Below are positions 61,282 to 64,000 of a DNA stretch of 64,000 nt, in pieces. The number at the start of each line of letters is the position of its first letter. The first letter of the stretch is position 1. Both the position numbers and the translations under genes were made by a program. Under the pieces are notes generated by a model, which saw nothing but the letters and a program-made list of their open reading frames with translations, made no database searches and was not told the origin of the DNA. The DNA is from Octopus bimaculoides (lineage: Eukaryota): the NCBI RefSeq assembly GCF_001194135.2, contig NC_069001.1:16021939-16085938 (forward strand). Reading direction: 5' to 3'.

Positions 61282-61667
61282 TGTTGTTGTTGGCACTCCA
61301 TCGCTTACGACGTCAAGGGTTCCAGATGATCCGATCAACGGAACAGCCTATTCGTGAAATTAACGTGCAAGTGGCTGAGCACTCCACAGACACGTGTACC
61401 CTTAACGTAGTTCTCAGGGATATTCAGCGTGACACAGTGTGACAAGGCTGACCCTTTGAATTACAGGCACAACAGAAACAGGAAGTAAGAGTGAGAGAAA
61501 GTTGTGGTGAATGAGTACAGCAGGGTTCGCCACCATCCCCTGCCGGAGCCTCGTGGAGCTTTAAGTGTTTTCGCTCAATAAACACTCAACACCCGGTCTG
61601 GGAATCGAAACCATGATCCTATGACTGCGAATCTGCTGCCCTAACCACTGGGCCATTGCGCCTCCAC
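61282..61667 (-). mobile_element. SINE family D with 12-bp TSD and (CAA)n tail
   Basis: TSD aattccattcat at 61270-61281 and 61668-61679. Confidence 0.85.
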
Positions 61668-63926
61668 AATTCCATTCATAACCTTTATATTCCTATAAAA
61701 AGAATGCTTTATAGAAATATTAAATCAACCCTACTATTTGACTTGAATATTTATGATTTGATTTTATCAACCATGGAAATTGAGAGGCAAAAAGTTTGAA
61801 CTCAAGAAATAAAGAGGTATTTTGCACCAACAATCTGTTCCAATGGTTCTGTTCTATTCCACCAATTCCCTGCCTAGAAACAACAAACTTTAAAAAGTTC
61901 TACATAGCTTCCGGCCATATTGTTGTTATTATTGTATTATATTTTAAACATTCTAACATGACATTTTGTCAGATTAATAATGTCGACCTCTTATTATTAT
62001 TATTATTGGTGAGACAAGTTTGTAGTTTAGTTTTATAGTTTACACTGATATTAAACATGATATTAAGAGCTGTTTTATTTAGCTTTCAAGGGAACCTGTT
62101 CTGTTTATGTGAGGTTAACAAGATTGTTTTATGAACAGATGACAATTAATAATTTGTGTGAAATGTTAGAATAGGGTGGTGGCACTGTTGTTGGTGGTAC
62201 TGGAAGGGTAGAGGGTGTGTAAGAAGGATAAAGAACAAAAATGGTTAGGAAACTGAAGGTAAATGAAGACATATATAATACATACATGTGTGTATATATA
62301 TATATATATATATAATACATACATATAATACATACATGTACATATATATAATACATACATGTATATATATATATATAATACATACAAACACACACACACA
62401 CACACACATATGTATATCAAACTTAGTGAAGTAAAATCGTGGTCATGACCTGAAGCCAGTGACATGTGAAAGGCACCTGTACTAGTGACATGTATAAGGG
62501 ACCCAGTATGCTCCGTAGAGTGGTTGGCATTAGGAAGGGCATCCAGCCATAGAAACCATGCCAAAACGGACTGGAGCCTGGCTTGTCAGCTCTGGTCAAA
62601 CCATCTAACCCATGCCAGCATGGAAAACAGATATTAAATGATGATGATTATATCACTGTATCAACCAGACTACCAGATGTTATACACCACTGGTCACAAT
62701 GCACTTCTTTGCATTGATGTAGCTTTTGAATGATGCCAACCCTTTGGCTAGTCAAATGGGCCAATATTCCCCATGAACAGAATGCCAGTCTGTTTTAGGT
62801 GTGGCTGTGTGGTTAAAAAGTTTGTGTCTTAAACACTTGGTTTGGGTTCAGTCTTGCACCTTGGGCAAGTGTCCTCAACTATAGCCTCAGAGCAGCTAAT
62901 CTCTTGTGAGTGGGTTTGGTAGACGGAAACTAAAAGCTCATTTTGGGTGTATACATGCATGTGCATGCCTCCTTGTCTTGGCATGGCATAATAATTCTAA
63001 ATGAGTGTCACTGTCATATAAATGACATCCTTCATTGTAATCTCCCGTGAAAACATGTCTAGCCGTGGGCAAATATTACCTTACTTGGAAACAGGGAGGG
63101 TTGGTAACAGACAGGGTATCTAGCCATAGAAAATCTGCCTCAATAAATTTTGTTTGTTCAATGAAAAAGTAATTTTTAAAATGATAATGATATACATCAA
63201 CATAATATATATATATATAAACACTTATATTCTAGGTATTTCAGGATTATTTTCTTGATTGTAGTATCTTTGCTGGGTGTTTTTTTGGTTTTTTTTGTAA
63301 TTCTTTTATTTTCTTTCTAACAATTTTCTGGTTTATTTTGGTTTTTAAAAACCTATTTTGCTTTTTCCAAAATTAAAATACCTTTCAATACTCTTTGAGT
63401 AAAGAATTGTTGGAAACACTGGCACAGTCATGAGATAAGATGATAAATATAGACAAGCAAGATTACACCATCTATACATTATTATTATTATTTTTTTTTA
63501 TTATTGTTACTAGTAGTAGTGGTAGTATTATTATTATTCTACCGAACAAGTGTGTTGTAAGACAGGTAACATCAATGATAATTTGTTGCTAGTTTGAAAT
63601 AATTGAGCAAAAGCAGCTAGACGTACATCTGTGCTTGGCTTTTGCAAATGAGCCAAATTTTCTTTCAGCTGAGATCATCACCACCACCACCGTCAAGTGA
63701 CAGCCCAACCCACGCTTTCTTAATTCCTCAAGACACCCACACTACCACCAGCCAACTACTGTACTAAAGCTTGTTCATGACCAATTATGGTGGTTGAAAA
63801 TCTAAAGAAAGAAAACACCGCTGCTGTGAAAGAAAGGAAATGAATTGTAGAAATAAAAACTACAGAACGTATGAAAATAATAATAATAACAAAATAAAAT
63901 AAAATAGTAGTACACAGAAAAATACA

Positions 63927-63927
<1 letters not shown>

Positions 63928-64000
<73 letters not shown>
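63928..64000. repeat. (CA)n microsatellite
   Basis: Direct observation. Confidence 0.95.

Noticed and set aside
58307-64000. Search for the next upstream FHL exon
   Set aside because: No LIM-coding segment found; it lies outside the window or in the 59515-60410 gap

Overview
Eukaryotic (animal) genomic DNA, AT-rich, with many assembly gaps, (TA)n/(TG)n/(CAT)n microsatellites and very dense SINE/LINE/DNA-transposon debris. The repeat landscape looks like a coleoid cephalopod (Octopus-like); that is an inference I cannot verify. Two convergent genes are present as 3' ends. On + are the last five coding exons of a DEAH-box RNA helicase most like DHX33 (1597-20028). On - are the last three coding exons of an FHL/Limpet-type LIM-domain gene (58306-50496). 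All eight exons have canonical AG/GT boundaries and join in frame. The ~28 kb between the genes holds transposon remnants: mariner, maT-like, pogo, hAT, Penelope-like GIY-YIG, Tx1/L1-like, RTE and R4/Dong LINEs, a probable solo LTR and MITEs. The best observations not explained by the ORF track are: (1) a type I hammerhead ribozyme with an intact catalytic core and palindromic minimal stem III at 25851-25942 (-), plus two decayed hammerhead motifs, all three hit at the same CpG; (2) a SINE with a perfect 15-bp TSD whose 3' tail matches the 3' end of a Tx1/L1-like LINE in the same window; (3) several long hairpins (250-bp, 73-bp and 45-bp arms) and inverted SINE pairs that could form dsRNA in introns. 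No CRISPR, rRNA or true tRNA genes were seen. TE family names rest on motif recall, not database searches, and TE boundaries without TIR/TSD support are approximate.
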